From Candidatus Cloacimonadales bacterium (lineage in GTDB: Bacteria > Cloacimonadota > Cloacimonadia > Cloacimonadales > JAIOQZ01), in contig CAXXTU010000002.1 in assembly GCA_963662655.2 (NCBI GenBank), positions 2,432,001 to 2,496,000 on the forward strand: a stretch of DNA of 64,000 nt, written 5' to 3'. Below are positions 61,864-64,000 of this stretch, one piece after another. Within the stretch, counting starts at the first letter, position 1; every line of letters starts with the position of its first letter. The position numbers and the translations under genes were made by a program. Below the pieces are notes generated by a model. It did not search any database. It saw nothing but the letters and a program-made list of their open reading frames with translations, and was not told where the DNA came from.

Positions 61864-62917
61864 TTTTGCCTCCCCCGTCAAGTATCTCTGCCAAGTTTTC
61901 TAGCAATTCTTTAATATCTTTGAAAGTATTCTCCGTGATGAGATTAATGCCCACACTGCGGAAGTGCTGGCCTAAAATTTCCTTGCAAGCAGTCTTGTTA
62001 TCCTCTGTAACAGGCTTGCGATCATATACCATTATATAATCTTCAGATAGATGCTTTCGATTGTATTGAACGATATCATTTTCCAAAGCCATAATTTGAT
62101 AAATATCAGGATTGTCACAGTACTCCTTGTTGGTTGAGAGGAGCCGGAGCATGTTGATATCAGTAAGTGAGGCCCCCAAAAAGATGCAGATACTTTGCTG
62201 CAAATGATAAAGCTGCGTTGAGACCTGCCAGGTATGGTGTTCCCGGATAAATCGATGATATTCTTCCAGGCTGAAAACAATATCCTGATCCAGCGATGAG
62301 AGCATCGGCGACACCCAGGGAAGATAGCCGTGAACATGATAGATCGGAAGTTCACCATACGCAAGGGACTCCCTCTCTTCTCGATAGATCGTACGGTACC
62401 TTCTTCCGCTTCTCCTGCTACCCCGTTTTTTACAGTAACCGCGGAGGCACTGTTCGAGAAGATCGTCCCAATTGTACGTGATAACGGCTCCAACTCGATT
62501 ACTCTGGCATAGCTCGGATAAAGGCTTAACGTAGCATTCACCATCATCGAGCATCGAAGGTGTATAGCTTGAATATAGTCCATCATGCACAAGCGCGCTA
62601 TAACGGCTCTTCAGGGCTGTACTGATTATGTTTGCCTTATCATATACCGTTAGTCGATCATCCATCCATGCAACAATCTCATCAAGATTGCCAAACGAAC
62701 AGCCCTTACTGCCCAAGTAGGTTACAAGCGCTTTCTTGAGAAGCTTACCAAGCATCTCGCTCCAGCGCGGTAAACCGCTCGGATTAATCCCGGCGCCAAG
62801 AAAGAGGGTGATCGGTTTTTTTATAGTCCGAATCCGAGTTAAAAAATCTTCTGAATTGATTTCTCTACCTGAAAATCCCTTATCGCAATACTCGTCAAAA
62901 TCCTTTGTTACTCTCAT
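61853..62917 (-). CDS. SIR2-like (SIR2_2-type) NAD+-processing protein
   Basis: 'LFLGAGI...LPRW', 'ITYNWDDLLE', 'IYHVHG', 'FLGASLTDIN'. Confidence 0.88.
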   Translation of the reverse strand: MRVTKDFDEYCDKGFSGREINSEDFLTRIRTIKKPITLFLGAGINPSGLPRWSEMLGKLLKKALVTYLGSKGCSFGNLDEIVAWMDDRLTVYDKANIISTALKSRYSALVHDGLYSSYTPSMLDDGECYVKPLSELCQSNRVGAVITYNWDDLLEQCLRGYCKKRGSRRSGRRYRTIYREERESLAYGELPIYHVHGYLPWVSPMLSSLDQDIVFSLEEYHRFIREHHTWQVSTQLYHLQQSICIFLGASLTDINMLRLLSTNKEYCDNPDIYQIMALENDIVQYNRKHLSEDYIMVYDRKPVTEDNKTACKEILGQHFRSVGINLITENTFKDIKELLENLAEILDGGGKNGK

Positions 62918-63024
62918 TGTGTTCCTGAAGTGAATAAATTTGCAAAGCAGAGTTAATATTCGAGAATTCGGAAAATTTATGTCAAGATTATAATTTACGG
63001 ATCAATTATTTTCCACTTTTCAAC

Positions 63025-63050
63025 AAAAAAAAAGCGCTCCGTCGGAGCGC
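63025..63050 (-). terminator. Rho-independent terminator after the aminotransferase gene
   Basis: GCGCTCC-GAC-GGAGCGC followed by T9 on the minus strand. Confidence 0.8.
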
Positions 63051-63081
63051 CTTCTCAATAATTCCACAATGAATTAATCGA

Positions 63082-64000
63082 TCAACCTTTGAAGTTCTTG
63101 AACCACTTCTCGACTAGCTTGTCCTCGTAGCCGACCGGGTGTTTGTGCTTGAACTCGTTCGAGTGCTGGTCGTAGGTGTAATCTTTTGCCCACTCGTCAA
63201 TGTTCTCGACAATCTCCTTGATTGCGTCGGCGATGAAATAGACTTCCTTGTTGGTCATGGTTGGGTGTATGGAGAAGCGGATCCAGCCCGGCTTGAGGGA
63301 GAGGTCGCCCTGATTGATCAGGTCGGTGACTTTTTTGGATATCGATTTTTTGATATAGAACAAGTAGTGGCCGTATGTTCCGGCGCAAGCGCAACCGCCG
63401 CGCATTTGTATCCCGTATCGATCGTTGAGAATCTTCACCATCAGGTTGTAGTGAATGTTGTCCAGGTAGAAGGATATCACGCCCACACGCTGTTGATACT
63501 GCTGCTCCAGAATATGCACATGCTCAATTTGGGGGAATTCTTCAAAGACAATATCCAGCAATTCTTCTTCGCGCTGGAGGATATTGTCGATGCCCATTTC
63601 CTCTTTGAGCTTGATACACATCGCGGTTCGCATGGTTTGCAGGAACGGCGGAGTACCTCCGTCTTCACGTACCTCGATATCGTCGTAATACCGCTTCTCG
63701 TTCCAGGCATTGGTCCAGGTAACGGTCCCGCCGCCCGGGCGATCGGGCGCTTTCAAGTTGTAAAGCTTCGAATCGAACACCACCACCCCCGGTGAGCTTG
63801 GACCACCCAGGAATTTGTGCGGCGAGAAGAAGATCGCGTCAAGCTTCTCCATCGGATCCTCCGGATGCATGTCGATCTTCACATACGGCGCTGAGCATGC
63901 GAAATCCGCAAAACACAATCCGCCGATTTCGTGCATCATTCTCGCAATCCGGTATATTGGCGGTTGAATGCCGGTAACATTGGAACAGGCTGTTACTGAG
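63082..64000 (-). CDS. Class V PLP-dependent aminotransferase / cysteine desulfurase-like protein (5' part outside window)
   Basis: 'ACSNVTG', 'FSPHKFLGG', 'EDGGTP', 'RGGCACAG', 'KPGWIRFS'; frame is open to the window end. Confidence 0.9.
   Translation of the reverse strand, partial: SVTACSNVTGIQPPIYRIARMMHEIGGLCFADFACSAPYVKIDMHPEDPMEKLDAIFFSPHKFLGGPSSPGVVVFDSKLYNLKAPDRPGGGTVTWTNAWNEKRYYDDIEVREDGGTPPFLQTMRTAMCIKLKEEMGIDNILQREEELLDIVFEEFPQIEHVHILEQQYQQRVGVISFYLDNIHYNLMVKILNDRYGIQMRGGCACAGTYGHYLFYIKKSISKKVTDLINQGDLSLKPGWIRFSIHPTMTNKEVYFIADAIKEIVENIDEWAKDYTYDQHSNEFKHKHPVGYEDKLVEKWFKNFKG

Noticed and set aside
1..64000. CRISPR arrays, tRNA, rRNA
   Set aside because: None recognised in the intergenic regions by eye.

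Overview
64 kb of bacterial chromosome. The many secreted proteins ending in a 'PNPFNP...' FlgD-Ig/Por-type sorting domain, plus a PorV-like gene, suggest an FCB-group lineage such as Ca. Cloacimonadota (inference only). Core genes: purC, dxr, pcrA/uvrD, tyrS, a wecA/mraY-family transferase, an RNase Z-like gene, a TetR-TolC-HlyD-ABC efflux operon, a Na+/solute symporter, a CDF transporter and scattered glycosylation genes. Secreted proteins include S8, two C10 and one M6 protease, an FG-GAP/cohesin/dockerin protein and a frameshifted LVIVD protein. Accessory DNA: two near-identical 1333-bp IS3-family copies flanking 5.2 kb that contains a ~1.2-kb prophage scar (CI-like repressor pseudogene joined to a tail-fibre 3' fragment). 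Best novelty candidates: (1) an AT-rich, translationally coupled two-gene operon encoding a SIR2-like NADase and a ~925-aa tandem KaiC/RecA-like ATPase (59086-62917), a candidate anti-phage system; (2) a dispersed family of ~130-190 bp intergenic hairpins with compensatory base changes (5 full or partial copies). All product calls come from motifs read by eye; no database searches were run.
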